Shown here: positions 12,202 to 25,386 of the stretch, piece after piece
Numbering within the stretch: position 1 is the stretch's first letter
Layout of the letters: each line of letters starts with the position of its first letter
NCBI GenBank assembly: GCA_030141605.1
Contig: JAQGDQ010000458.1
Span: 1 to 64,000 of the forward strand
DNA from: Tubiluchus corallicola
Taxonomy: Eukaryota > Animalia > Priapulida
Reading direction: 5' to 3'
Length of the DNA stretch: 64,000 nucleotides
The notes under the pieces: model-generated
Databases searched by the model: none
What the model was told of the DNA's origin: nothing
The model's input: the letters and a program-made list of their open reading frames with translations, nothing else
Program-made: the position numbers and the translations under genes

Positions 12202-12491
12202 GGCGTTAGTAAGTTTCCAAATTCAAGGCTTTGTCGGTTGCTGAAATACAACATACAACATTAAAGTCAAATGTCTGCGCGGTGCTTTGCAAAAGTCAGT
12301 CAACATTCTGCAAGAAAGAAAGCAATACAAACAAAGGCCTAATGAAAAGCTGCAAACGAACAATTGCTTAGTTATATCAATGAACTCTAACTAATACACC
12401 AAAGTTAGATTACACACAGGTAAACCCTCACTATAGATGTTAATACGAACATTTGAGGTTATCCATTAACACCTGAATTATTTTGTGTACT

Positions 12492-13310
12492 TCAATTTGA
12501 AAGCAGATCACTCCAGTCCCTGTATATATTTGCGCATTTTGTCAATACGTGATACTTGAGACCACTACTATCTTTGAAACGCGCACCGCAGTTAGGACAT
12601 TGAAATGGTCGTTCCCCGGTGTGGTTCCTAATATGTGACAGCAAATTGAACTTCCTTTCTGTGTGATAAAAGCACATTTTGCACTGCCACTGCTTCTTTT
12701 TACTGGCAGAAATAAGTGATTCTGGACTGCCTATAGAGCTATCAATGCTTTGTTTACATCCCGTTTTGGGCAAAACGGTCCTCGTCAATGGCCCTCTAGA
12801 TCTCTTCTGGGCAAATGTGTTGCTATATTCATGGTGTAATCGCCCGCGAATTTGGTGTTCCGGCTTAGTTCTCGGCGCTTCCTGCACTGCAAAATGTTTT
12901 CGTCTACAATCTGATTGTGTTTTTGCAACAGTTATTTCAGGATTGCTAAATGATGCATATGAATGAATGTCATTCTCACGAGAAATTTCCGCAACAGATT
13001 CAAAATCTTCAACCACAATACGTGCATCATTATTATCAGTGCTGTCACTTTGATAATTCACCATTTTGCCAACATTGAATTCCATGTCATAGACAAGCCC
13101 TTCATCAACAGCTTCAGTCTTTGCATCATCATTGTTGAAACATTTGCTCTGAGACGTGTGTAAGTCAACATGATGAATATCTGTGCCTTCACACACTAGT
13201 ATCTTGCAATGCCATGTTCTTGTATGTGCAAAGAAAACATCCTCACTCAAGAAACATTCGGAGCACGCCGTGCACTTATAGTAAATTTCTTGACACACAA
13301 ATTCTTCCAT
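12492..13310 (-). CDS. Zinc-finger array paralog 5 (closest to paralog 4)
   Basis: [19 protein letters not shown]...; NLLSHIRNHTGERPFQCPNCGARFKDSSGLKYH. Alternative in-frame ATG at 13316; acceptor at 13355. Confidence 0.92.
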   Translation of the reverse strand: MEEFVCQEIYYKCTACSECFLSEDVFFAHTRTWHCKILVCEGTDIHHVDLHTSQSKCFNNDDAKTEAVDEGLVYDMEFNVGKMVNYQSDSTDNNDARIVVEDFESVAEISRENDIHSYASFSNPEITVAKTQSDCRRKHFAVQEAPRTKPEHQIRGRLHHEYSNTFAQKRSRGPLTRTVLPKTGCKQSIDSSIGSPESLISASKKKQWQCKMCFYHTERKFNLLSHIRNHTGERPFQCPNCGARFKDSSGLKYHVLTKCANIYRDWSDLLSN

Positions 13311-14414
13311 AGTCATCGACAAGTAAATTTCCGGAGCCTTGCCAACTGATTTCACTGAAATACAGTATTAATAACGTGTTTATTACCAGCAGCATCTTTT
13401 ACCTGATTATTATGTACAGGATACAATGCAGATGTGCATTAGTATGATGAATAGTAATAACTAGCAGTCACAGAAACAGCTAGTAAATGCTACAGTATAG
13501 CAGTGAAAATCCAAAAGATACATAGTGATGATCCTACAGGCTGGTTCTTGGCGACATAGCATTTATTTATCTTTAGCCCACAGATAAACGACTACAAATG
13601 ATTAAAACAGATGTTAATAAAGACGGATTAAACGGGTTCGTTAAAACTGTTAAAAAAATCAATACGACTTTCTAGACGAAATGCAATCGCTATTTGGCCT
13701 ATTCAGGTATTCCCACTGATGAGTATAAAGTCACAAATGCATGGCCAATTACACAGGTTATATCAGATCTATATTTTGTCTGCAGTGACTTGGAACTTGT
13801 TAATGTGTACAAAGCTTAACTAGAACAAAACTGAAAATACTAAAAATAAAAATCTTACGTGAATCATTGTCAAACAACAAGCATCCGATATTAACGCATT
13901 TCATGCAAAGTTTTATACAACCGACTGAAGTTACTGATTCATTTAATAATTAACCTGGCTTGGCTCGCTCAAAACTTCTCCAGAAATGACAGTATATGCA
14001 GGTATGTGAAATCTGCCATGCATGTGCTTGGTGTCATTATTTTGATTCAATGAAAGTAAGTAAAATTTTTATTTCGAAAAACAAAGTAACTCGGAAGTGA
14101 CTTAAATTACCTTCTGTATAACTCAAGGAAGTCAAGTCTGATTCAGGGACACTTACACAAAATTCACTTTGTTCTGACTCTAAAAACACAAAACTGGAAC
14201 TTGTCAATTTTGTCAGTGATTACCACATCACAAACATGTGCACGAGATAACAAGACAACTAGGCGCTAGGGTCAATCAACTTGCACAGCTATTCTCGAAG
14301 GCCGCGGGGTTTGTTCAAGCAGGTGAATGTTTATTGGCTTTAGACATTGGCAGTCAGATCTGTAGTCCCGGCAACAAATATTAACACATTGCATGGCTGT
14401 TATCTTAAACTATG

Positions 14415-15302
14415 TTATATTGAACAATGAAGGCTCTTGATGTGTCTGTTCAAGGTACTCTTCTGAGAAAATGATCTGAAACAGTAAGCACACTGATGCG
14501 GTTTTTCACCTGTGTGAGTTCTTATATGTTCTTTAAGGTGTTGCTTATAAGGAGTATGATAATAACACAATTCGCATTGCCACTCTTTCTGATTGCTGGC
14601 TCTCATGAACGTTTCGCCCTGCGCTGGTATACTAACTCTTTGCTGCACGGTTTTCCCTCGAGCAGTTGAATTTGGTTTCCTTTGGAAGCTCTTGCCCTGT
14701 ATTGCCACACCAGATCTTCTCTGCCAAGTTCTTCTTAGCGAACCAACACATGATCTCTGCGGAGAAGACAATGATTCGTTCTCAGAGATTAGCGCATCAC
14801 TGGTTTGCATTCTTTTCGCAGAGCCGTTCTCATCTCGCATGAAATCTGCTACAGTCTGATATGCTGGTGCCAGGTCACTGTCTGTTGTCGTTAAGTGCAA
14901 GGCATGTTCAGGCCCGGAATCGTCGTCAAAGGTATTATATTTTTCTGGCACTTCCAGTTCGTGCCTGAAATCTACATTGAAGTTACTATATTTTTCTATA
15001 CTAAAATCGTCTCCGTGCCGACTGAATGCTCCACTTTGGTGTTCACCAAGACTGGCAAAATTTTCTGGCATCACCCCCTTGATGTTTCTTTCGGCAGACT
15101 GACAAACGTGTGCTTCTGATTTTGCAATCGCATTCACTGGTTCTTCTTTTGAGTCGCCTTCCATACTAGTGCTCTGCCCTTCGCACACCAGTATTTTACA
15201 GTGCCACGTTCTGGTGTGTGCAAAAAAGACATCTTCACTCATGCAACATTCGGAGCAAGCCGTGCATTTGTAGTAGATTGGCGACTGCTGATACTCGTCC
15301 AT
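14415..15302 (-). CDS. Zinc-finger array paralog 6
   Basis: [19 protein letters not shown]...; two C2H2 fingers with HTGEKP linker. Acceptor at 15334; minus-strand AATAAA at about 14330. Confidence 0.92.
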   Translation of the reverse strand: MDEYQQSPIYYKCTACSECCMSEDVFFAHTRTWHCKILVCEGQSTSMEGDSKEEPVNAIAKSEAHVCQSAERNIKGVMPENFASLGEHQSGAFSRHGDDFSIEKYSNFNVDFRHELEVPEKYNTFDDDSGPEHALHLTTTDSDLAPAYQTVADFMRDENGSAKRMQTSDALISENESLSSPQRSCVGSLRRTWQRRSGVAIQGKSFQRKPNSTARGKTVQQRVSIPAQGETFMRASNQKEWQCELCYYHTPYKQHLKEHIRTHTGEKPHQCAYCFRSFSQKSTLNRHIKSLHCSI

Positions 15303-16099
15303 TTTCAAAGACAACGTTTTACTGTACTCTTGTCTGAAATGCAAGAATTCAACTAATTTTCAGTCCACGCTCTGCAAAACCTGTAGACGAATTGCTTAAA
15401 GACAATGCCGTTATTCAACCACAATGCCATTGCTCACAGACAATGCCACTGCTCACGGACAATGCTGTTTAAAGTGACTGATTACCATTGTGATGCAAGA
15501 TTGTTAAGAAAACAGATACATAGAATTCAGTTATAGTCTTGAAAATTAATGCACTGTGAAACAACGCCTCCATTTTCAGGACTTTGGCCGTCTCATTTAT
15601 ATTTTGCAAAACAAAGCAAACTCAGTGTGTAGTGACACTCGGCAAAGACACATGTAAAACAAAGATGACACAGTGACAACTTAAAGGAAAACAGGATGAT
15701 TTTTCACATTGTGTCCCATTATGAAGTACAGTTATACAGTATACATTTAAAGATCTACAAATAGCACAGCCAAAGTGTTCCTGATAATTAAATAACAGAC
15801 TAAAACATAACAGAGGTTAACCAAACTAATGATGACATTCCACGTGCGTGTTACACATTTTTGTAAAAGTAAAAAACTGCTACTTTATAATTTTCACTGT
15901 GATATACAAAAGTTTAAGATTCAAATTTCAAGTTTACGCCGTGATCACGCAAGTGTTCTTGAACACATATACTATGTCACAACTGAACATCTCTGAGACA
16001 CAGCGCCTGTTTTTGTGAAACACATTTCGGAGATGCAGGGGCTATGTCTATCTAAATAGCGAATTTCTGCGAAGAAGGGACGCTATACTTATTCTAGTA

Positions 16100-16567
16100 G
16101 TTATATATTATTTTAAGTCTTTATGAACCCTCCCCACACTCTTATACATAACCCTTTCCTAGATACGTAATTTTAAAAATTTGACATGTGTTGTGTACAA
16201 TCTCACGTCGGCAAGTAGCATCTCAAGCGGGCGCAAATACTACATTTCGTTTTTGGTGTGTATTCATCTGCCGAATAAATACACTATTTACTGTAAATGT
16301 AATTTTTTATGATTTATAATATTCTTTTAATGTTAGAATTAATATTTTTAATATATTTTTATACATTTTGTGATTTTTTATGCAAAGTTCATCAAATCTA
16401 TACATTACTGTACAATACGTACCACACATGTGCAAAAATACTTTAGACATAGTACCGCAAAAACCTGCGAAACAGCGAAAATACCCAGATAAATATTTTA
16501 CATTAATATTTTTGAAAACCCGCGAAACAGGGAGTCCGGGATAAACGAACCGCGAAGTAGCACTGTA
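16100..16567. mobile_element. Partial Tc1/pogo (Tigger)-like MITE
   Basis: Ends ...AACGAACCGCGAAGTAGCACTG|TA with repeated CCGCGAA subterminal motifs. Left end not clear. Confidence 0.45.
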
Positions 16568-16869
16568 TAAACTTCCAGTAAAACTTGTCTCTTTTGATTC
16601 TGTATCACTTCATTGTATTATTACCACAAACACAATTTCAAGTCTGCACCACTAGTTCTTCCCTCATTACTTTCAGTGACATCATGACTCATGATGAATG
16701 ATTTTATGAGTCATGATGTCATTGAAAGTAATGAGCGAGTAAACTCTCAAACAGATTTGGCAGCAATCAGGTACAACAGGTAATCTCAAGTTTTGCCACA
16801 CCTTCGAGCAGTGACAAAAAAGCAAACTGACTATTGGCAATAGTTTTTATTCTTCTCCATTCACTGAGT

Positions 16870-17990
16870 AGGATAAGACCTCGCTTAGTGACGTCACACT
16901 TAGCAACGTTTCGTTTTAATGGCAATTCTTGGCCTTACTTTAAGCCAGGGGTGTGCAAATTGCAGCCCGCGGGCCACTTGCGGCCCGCCGAGAGAATTTG
17001 TGCAGCCCGCTAAGAGATTTGTCAACCTAATGAAAGTGCGGCCCGGGCGATTAATTGAGTGTATCCAGCTGAAGTCCGTGCTACGATCCCAAAAATAGTG
17101 CGGGTAGTTTTTTCTACTAGATCGGATGCCATTAACCCTTACCAGACGGTTGTAGCTTAATTTCACTGTACTACACAGACTGTGTGATACACATTACTAA
17201 TATGCATTGTAATGAAATTACCACTATCAGTCCTGAAAGTAGAAATATATGGTTTGTAATATAAATTTTAATAACTTCTAAAATAGTTTCTTGAGTGTAG
17301 CAGTAATGATGTACGCAGGTCGGATGCAAAAAAAATCGTTATTAGGCCTTTCTGTACTTGGCTCCTTGATCAAACTGCCTGTGGCCTGCAGGAATTGCGG
17401 GAAAGTTTAATTATGGCCCGGCTAGTCAGATAATTTGCACACCCCTGGTTTAAGCACTAAACCTTGTTTATTATGCTCCCACTCTATAAAATGAAGCCCA
17501 CTATTTAACCCAGTCATGGTACAGTTATTAGGCATGTAATAATTTATCCAACTAAAGTGATAGCAGGCATCCAGACCACAATGATTCATTGCTTTCCCAC
17601 GACAAAAGTTCTTTAGTTAATAAATGTTCTCGTGTTAAATAGTTAATTGCTGCATTCACCGGGAACGAAAACAAAAAGAGAAAGCAGGAAAAAACGATTG
17701 AAGGAGAGCAACCAGAGGAAGACAGGCCCATGTTTCAAATCTAGATTGTATTTTCATACTTTAGTTACTGTCCAGCTTTTTAACTAAACACATACATAAT
17801 GCAGAACTGCAAGCAATAAACCCTAAAGTGTTTATTTTATTAGGAAGCTTTACTGATTTTTTTTCCTGCAAGATAAAGGAAGGCACTTACATTATTTTTT
17901 ACGGAAAGCATTGCTTCGTTTAGCGATGTTATTTTCCTTAACGATGCATTTTGCTGGAACGCATTAGCGTCATTAAGCACGCTTACTGTA
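16870..17990. mobile_element. Degenerate Tigger-like MITE (family of 25710-26415) hosting a hAT MITE
   Basis: CCTCGCTTA..GAC start and GCATTTTGCTGGAACGCATTAGCGTC.TTAAGC end match the 25710-26415 element. Confidence 0.55.
16946..17447. mobile_element. hAT MITE
   Basis: TIR CAGGGGTGTGCAAATT / AATTTGCACACCCCTG; TSD CTTTAAGC/GTTTAAGC. Inverted sister copy at 47368. Confidence 0.88.
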
Positions 17991-20900
17991 CATAATATCC
18001 TTATTCCTTAACATGCACAATTTCAGTTAGGAAGCCGTATTATCAGATAGGCAGTTTTGCATCATGCTATCCAAAAGGCATCAACATCGATAATAACATT
18101 GCACAAGACGACTGGTACGGAAGATCATAGCAGCCCTAGAGCTACTACTGAAATCTCCATTGTACATCTCTAGTGGAAAGATGTCTGCAGGTAGTTTTTA
18201 TTTTGTACATTTAACCAACATTCGTGGCAGTGTGTCGCCTGATTTTGATGATTTTCACAAGCTACTTCAATATGGCTTTGCTTTTAGATTGGTGTCAGGT
18301 TAGAATTATGTATGTCCGCTTTCGTACTGACACTATAGAAGCCAACGCTCAGTTGGTATTTTTCTCCATTACCTTACAACCATCAACAGTAGACTACTGC
18401 CATATTTTATTGTTTTTTTCACCTTTTATAGAACACACTGTATTAAGTCTAAGACCAACAAAGACTGAGGAACATTGACTGAGAAGACTGAATCCCTGAA
18501 GTCATTGTTAATCAATTTTATACAAACGTAGGTAAGCTATTACCAAATAACAAAAATGTCAAAGTTCAAAAGACGTTACGCGATTCGCTTTGCATACCAT
18601 AACAGATAGTATTAGGCCTAAATGAACTATACTGATGACGTATTATGAACAGAAGAATGAGTCGCAATGTGCAACATCGAAGTAAAGTTGTCATACTATA
18701 CATAACACACATTGTTCAGTGTTGAATGAATAAAAAATTATTGCACAATACCATTATTTAAATGAAAGAAAAATTGTGGCTTATGAATGCTACGTAGTCT
18801 ATACGATAAAAAATATCTAATAAATAACTAAAAAAAGTTAAAGTTTTAATAAAGTTATGTTGTCTTAACTATAAATGAAAAAGTTCCAAGAATTTTATTA
18901 GTAATTATCATTATTTAAACAGTAAGTTTACAGAAAAGGTTTTCTGCTATTAGCATAATAATTGTTTGAATATATATAGGTTAAAATGCAGAAAAATGTA
19001 CTTGTAGCGGAAATGGTGCACCAAATTACGGTAGCTTACAGCGCATAACCCTCAGGCATCATAGGCTTACACCATTTGTCACTGATTCATTATCTGGATG
19101 TCAAAATATATCTCAGATGTCAATATATCTTTGATAATGGTAATCACCTGCATTCTTTTTCCACAGTAATCTTAATAAAACGTGACTATGCTCAACAGGT
19201 TACTGAACACTTTATAATCATGATCACAGTTTTTCTTAGTTCTCGCTCCATTTCATCTTTCATTCACTACTCCCCACGCCACATTTATGTATATATTATC
19301 ATTATTTCAATTATTAATCACTTCTTTAAGATTTTCACGTACAGTTTGGCCTGTCAAGCTATGATTTTAGGCACAAACTGTATGCATCAAAATTATTCTG
19401 TAATGTAATTTGCACATGTATATGCTGCATTTTGTAATTTCTGGATAATATAGCATTTATATTTATATTTACTTCAGTAAAATTATCTGTATTTTTATTA
19501 TAATTGTTAGATGCAGAGTGGAAATAAATAAACTTATAAATGGGTTAAAATGCACAGAAATGTACTTGGGCTGAAATGCTGGAGCCCACTACGGATGCTT
19601 ACAGCTCATAACCTTCAGATACCCTAGGCCCACACTTTTTATTTAGTATCTAGCAACTCTATTCGAGAAGCAGTTGTTTTGAACTTGTTTTACAGCAAAA
19701 TATTAGTTCAATATTAAATATTTACACGCGTGGAGTAGGACACAATCCAAACCTTTTATATCTTAAATGGCTTTGATTGCACTGATTTCCACTTCGCACG
19801 TTATCATGGTACTAGAAAGCATGCATATAAGATTAAGGAGAACAAACTCCAACAGATGGAGCAGAAAACTGGAGATACTTCTGACGTGGGTAGCTGATGA
19901 ATGGACCAAGTTTCCCAATAATGTAGTTCAGGCCACTAATCCTTCTCAGTTTAAGTTATGATTGTAGCACAATCAAGAAAAGTTTGTTGATCACAGACTG
20001 CCTCATTGGCAGCAAGATGTCTTGCGATACGGTTCAAGATCGCTGAGTACCGCTATTCTTTTTATACACAAGTATAGAAACTAACAAGATTAGAGGGGTT
20101 CATAAGCTATCAGCATATAACCACTAATTTCTATCCACTGACGGCAAAGGAAAAATTTAATCTTGAAACGTTATAATATCTGCACATAAATTGTCTGCAG
20201 TAAAGTCAATTACTATTTTCTCAAACTCTCAGAAACAATGTAGTGAATTCAAAAGAGCTATTCTTGCAGCAAAAAACGTAGGTGATATGTAGTAGCCAGA
20301 TGGCTGTCCTTGTTAGACTGACCAGTGAAGTACGTAGGAGGAAAACATACTAGTGATTATTCTGGTGCAGCATTGCTGCTAGGGTATAGCTTAATGTAAG
20401 GGACCCAGGGAAGAAAAAACACGGCAGCAGACCATTACGTTTCTCTAAAAACTTTTAAAATGCAGATCGAACGTTCCGCCATTTTACAACAGTGATTAAA
20501 CCGAGCTACACATTATGATACATCACATAAAATATTATATTGAAGATTAGTCTTACCTGCTATACTTGGTGCAAAGTACAATTTTACTAATAATCTCTGA
20601 ATTACACAGCACGTAAACTTTTATTCTTTGAAAACTTTTGTTTCTTTGTTCAAACTGACAAACTCCAAACTCGCCACGAAAGCGTGAAAAACCCAAATTA
20701 GAAACCTTGCTGTCAGTTCGATTCAATTCAAGTTTATTTTGCACAAATACTTTTAGGTGTCGTGGGCTTCTGGCAGACAGTATGGCGCAGAAGACTATGT
20801 GTTCATATATGTAGCCACGTTTCTTGAGGTGCCACGGTTTGCGATCAGTCGATTACAGTCATTAGTTTCAAGTTTGGTTCAAACTCATCAAAGGAGCAAA

Positions 20901-22237
20901 ACCATATATTCAGCTCATCAGCTCAGTGTCATCTATTTCAAGATTATTATTTCGTTATTATTAATTTTAACATTTAGTTGTGTTAGCTAGTGTGTCAGAA
21001 TCCTGAGAGCAAGGCAAAATAAGTTGATAAGCAGCCCAGTTGGTGTAATTATTATCAATGCACATGAATAACAATACATTCTAACTACATGTAATTTTCT
21101 TATTTCATTATGCAGCCGATAAGCACTAATGTGGGTGGATTAATCACTTCAGTTCTGGAATCTTTTTATTCCCTCCATAACATAAACTTAGGTAACCAAT
21201 AATACCCAAGTATAAATTTATTCATTAAAATTAATTAGTATGGTTATTACTAAAGCACGATGGCATGAACATAATAATATTTATTATTTATACATAATGA
21301 TTGCTGATCACGTCATTTAACGGCATAAAGGTACCATTAAATGTTTCACTTTACACATGAAGCAGCACATTCTAACTACTCACATCTTCTAATCACGCCT
21401 GCAAATGTCTGACAATTTTGTGAGAAACAAAATTAATAACAATAATTGTATTACCCATGACAACTGTACTAATCGGAAAAGCAGAGTTCTTTTACTAAAT
21501 ACACGTGAAAATTTTCAAACAAAGAAACGTCCAAAACACGTTACTTGAAGACAACAATTAAGTGACTAAGCATGGTTAACATTCAACAGTAAGGAACTAC
21601 ACAACTAAATTAGCTGAGGTAATTTACCTAACAAAGAAACATGAAACATAGTTCAAACTTTGAGACTGCTTATAAGCTTTGTTGAATTGCTTATAACCAG
21701 AGCAATAAAACAAATCTAAACAGTTACATATCAGAATATTTGTGCAACATATACATACTAAATTCAAAATCTAACATAACCTATATGTATACATAACCTC
21801 TTTCCTATAATGCTTTTTAAATTTTCTTACTTTCGTTGTCTAAATTCTAATATTTCATAAACTCGAGTCGTCTTGCATAAATTTTCATCCAGTCGCTGCT
21901 TATTTAATAATCATCGAATAAGGGCAACATGTTGATGACCTAACGGTCGTACTTTGGCATACCCTCGCATTTTGGCAATTTTTGCATATTACTGTGTGTC
22001 GCTGTATTCTGTGTTTTCTCACTTATGAGAAATATAACAATTTAAATGTTAAAATCGTTAAATCTTAGAACTAAGTACAATTATTATTACCGTAATTGCA
22101 TCTGGAATTAACGTCAAAATTTGTGTGTAACATTGAAAAACATTGTGAACATACAATCCTTTCCAAAATTTCAAATTGGATGCCTCGTAAGAAAATGGCA
22201 GTAGGTATATCCTTTACTGGGATATTAGCATCATCAG

Positions 22238-23077
22238 TTATCCCTGCGGTTCAAGTCGTGACACATCCGATCCGTGAGAACACACAGAACTTTTTTCTAG
22301 GTGTCTTTTTAGATCTCTGTTATGCTTGTAACTTGTGTTACACGTAAAACAATGAAACGGCCGTTCTCCGGTGTGTTTTCTAACATGAGCTTGTAAATTG
22401 CACTTCTTTTCTGTGTGATAAAAGCACATTTTGCACTGCCACTGTTTTTTGTTACTTACACACATGAGTGACTGGCCTTCAACAGAATTATCGGCTGTAG
22501 GTCTACTCTGTCTGTAAGATGACGCACTTGACTTCTTTGACGGCTTCCGGGACGCCATTTTGAATGATTTGTCGAATCTTTTTTGCTGTCGAACATAACC
22601 CGTAGGGATACGCACTGCATCTTCAAAGCACCCCAACTGCAGTAAACTTGTTTGTAGTGAAGTGTTCTCCAACGAAGATAAATTGACATCTGTTCCTGCA
22701 TTTGTTTCTAATTCTAGATCAATGATTTCAGGTTTAGCATTTACAAGTTCACCTTCTGCAAAAGCTTGCGCAACCTCACCGGAAATATCTCCACACAAAA
22801 CGTTACCGCGATCACAAATATTGTCTACGTTTCTGTCGAAGTCGTTAACATCGCCAGCAGTGGCCTGAAACAACTCCACCTTGACGCTTTTGTAACCACA
22901 TTCCTCATTGGTCAACGATGCCAAACCAGGATCTTGCTGGTATTGTTCCGTACTCTCGCACACTAGAATCTTACAATGCCATGTTCTCGTGTGTGCAAAG
23001 AATATTTCTTCGCTCATAAAACATTCAGAGCAAGCTGTGCATTTGAAGTAAATTTCTCGAGGCAGAAATTCATCCAT
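22238..23077 (-). CDS. Zinc-finger array paralog 7
   Basis: 279-aa ORF; first C-terminal finger almost identical to paralog 1. Acceptor at 23125. Confidence 0.93.
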   Translation of the reverse strand: MDEFLPREIYFKCTACSECFMSEEIFFAHTRTWHCKILVCESTEQYQQDPGLASLTNEECGYKSVKVELFQATAGDVNDFDRNVDNICDRGNVLCGDISGEVAQAFAEGELVNAKPEIIDLELETNAGTDVNLSSLENTSLQTSLLQLGCFEDAVRIPTGYVRQQKRFDKSFKMASRKPSKKSSASSYRQSRPTADNSVEGQSLMCVSNKKQWQCKMCFYHTEKKCNLQAHVRKHTGERPFHCFTCNTSYKHNRDLKRHLEKSSVCSHGSDVSRLEPQG

Positions 23078-23479
23078 GTTTCATGGGATTTGTTTTGCAG
23101 GTCACTCTTTATCAAATATTCTTGCTGAAAAATTACAATTAATAAAGTTAATACAAACAGTGACCTGGCTGCTGTGGTATCTGTCATGTTTTAATAAAGG
23201 CTTCATGAAATCAGTGCTGTACGTTTGTCAGAATCACAAAACTGAAATCGCCAACAGCGTTAGTTTGATTATAACAATTATGTACAACTGAATGTAGTTG
23301 CTGTATACAAATGCGTAATATAAAGCTGCAGTGGTTACCTATCGGTACACATACAATATAGAATACAATAATTTGTTATAAAATGAACAGTGAAAAGCAA
23401 CTGCAAACATATACAGTTCACATAAGGCTCAAACAAAAATAGTTGGTTCAGCACATACAGGGTAGAAGCCGTCATGTCC

Positions 23480-24268
23480 CTATGTCCAATTAGAAGGTGA
23501 GTGTTCATTAGCATTTCTTGCTGCGCGGTGAACATTAACTTGGTGAGTTCGTAAATTGCCTTTTAGGGTGAAGCATTTGTTACAATCATTGCACTGAAAT
23601 GGTTTTTCTCCTGTGTGAGTCATAATGTGTCTTCTAAGATCACCTTTCAGACTCGTGTGATAAAAGCACAAGTCACACTGCCATCGAGTCTTATTATTTG
23701 CACTCATTAAGAAATCTTTTTGTGTCGCGTAATCAACCTTAAGTCTTGGAGCACGAGTGCCGGATGTCTTGCGCGAAAATCTTGTTGCCGATGTTCGTTT
23801 TTGCTTTAAGCTGTTTCTTTGCTGTGGATGTCCACTCTGCAGGACACCAAGACCAGCAAAAGGGAGGTGACTGTTAGCAGGGTTACACTGAAATGAAGGC
23901 AAATGGTCTCCTTTACCAGGTGAACACACATCACCACTCACGGGTTCAATTGCCATACTTTTACCAGTTCTATATTCATTTTCATTTATTTTATCACACC
24001 GTTCACTATCGACCGCTTCGTTAACTCCACAGCTACTAGAGAGCAATTCGACATTTTCATAGTCGACAAGCGGCTCGGTTTTTGGTACAACGATAACGTG
24101 TTCTTCGTGCAAACTTTGTTCGTGTTCGTAGCTTGAACTGCTACCCTCACACACTAGAATCTTACAGTGCCATGTTCTTGTATGTGCAAAGAATATGTCT
24201 TCACTCATGAAACACTCGGAGCAAGCGGTGCATTTGAAGTAAATTTCCTGAAGCAGTTGTGCGTCCAT
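23480..24268 (-). CDS. Zinc-finger array paralog 8
   Basis: 262-aa ORF; WQCDLCFYHTSLKGDLRRHIMTHTGEKPFQCNDC. Acceptor TTTTCCAG at 24314. Confidence 0.93.
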   Translation of the reverse strand: MDAQLLQEIYFKCTACSECFMSEDIFFAHTRTWHCKILVCEGSSSSYEHEQSLHEEHVIVVPKTEPLVDYENVELLSSSCGVNEAVDSERCDKINENEYRTGKSMAIEPVSGDVCSPGKGDHLPSFQCNPANSHLPFAGLGVLQSGHPQQRNSLKQKRTSATRFSRKTSGTRAPRLKVDYATQKDFLMSANNKTRWQCDLCFYHTSLKGDLRRHIMTHTGEKPFQCNDCNKCFTLKGNLRTHQVNVHRAARNANEHSPSNWT

Positions 24269-24902
24269 GTTTCAAATCAATAGTTTAGTTGAACCAGTTA
24301 TCAAATGCTCTCGCTGGAAAATTATAAACAGATTCAATAAACGTTAAGACAGAAGAGCCACCAGCCACCATATTGCTGTAAATTAGTAAATGTATAATGT
24401 AATTTATGTTCACGTGTTTTGAATCCGAGTAAGTACTAATACCTTCAAAATTTCGGACAAAATTTTGTAATTAATAATGCACAGATGTACAAGCTACAAG
24501 TATGCAAGACCTATACCTTTGTTCACTTTTAATAAGAATGCGCAAACAAACTTTTCAATATAGTTTTACGATTTTTACCCGACAAATTTACAAGTAACTA
24601 AGACTAAGCTCAATGTTAGAAAATGGAAGCAAATGTGTTCATTCACAACCCAACAACGTGGCTAGTACTACAGTCACAAGGAGTTCAATTTAGTTTCAGA
24701 GCACCATGGTTTAACTAAACAAAGAACAAAAAGCACACACGCTAGTTAGCATTGATTTGAAGGTGTTCTCAGCAAACACCATAAACACCTTGACATTGCG
24801 TATTCTACAAATATGTGGAAAAAACTACTGATAAGAGGAAAAATTATAAGTTTAACTCTCATTTTAATACCAGATGTCGTCAACACATTTGCTGACAATG
24901 TA

Positions 24903-25386
24903 CAGTCAATCTCGCTCATAAGGGACACTCTCTTATAATGGACCGCCAACACCGGTCCCGATTTTTCTTAATGTTTTTCCTATGTAAAAATCTTCGTATA
25001 TAAGGTACTCGGATGAAAGGGATTTTCGGTATAAGGGACAATATTTTCAAGTGCCGCATATTAGAGACCCAGGTAAATTACCTCGCATGTAAGGGACCCT
25101 ATAATCGAAGTGAAATTGATCGATTTTTAACCTCAATTTTTCGCAAACTTGGCCTTCGAACAGCTCGGTTTCCGCGGTCACAGACATCTCGCATCACTGA
25201 ACGAGCTTCCTACATACCGTTTGCACTGAATGTGTAGCAAAAATCCATAAAAATATGTGTAAAAGTGCAGAAAAGTACAGGTCTAGATACACCCACGGTC
25301 TGACTCAACTTCGGCTATAAGGGACATCGGATATAAGGGATGATTTTTTCTGGTCCCGAGGTGTCCTTTATATCCGAGGTTAACTG
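24903..25386. mobile_element. Tc1/pogo-type MITE, copy 1 of 4
   Basis: TA|CAGTCAA(C/T)CTCG ... CGAGGTT(A/G)ACTG|TA with internal TATAAGGGAC repeats. Confidence 0.85.

Noticed and set aside
18978-19635. Two diverged ~95-bp copies (about 18980 and 19542) flanking a LINE-tail-like segment
   Set aside because: Look like old dispersed repeat fragments; no termini or function can be supported.
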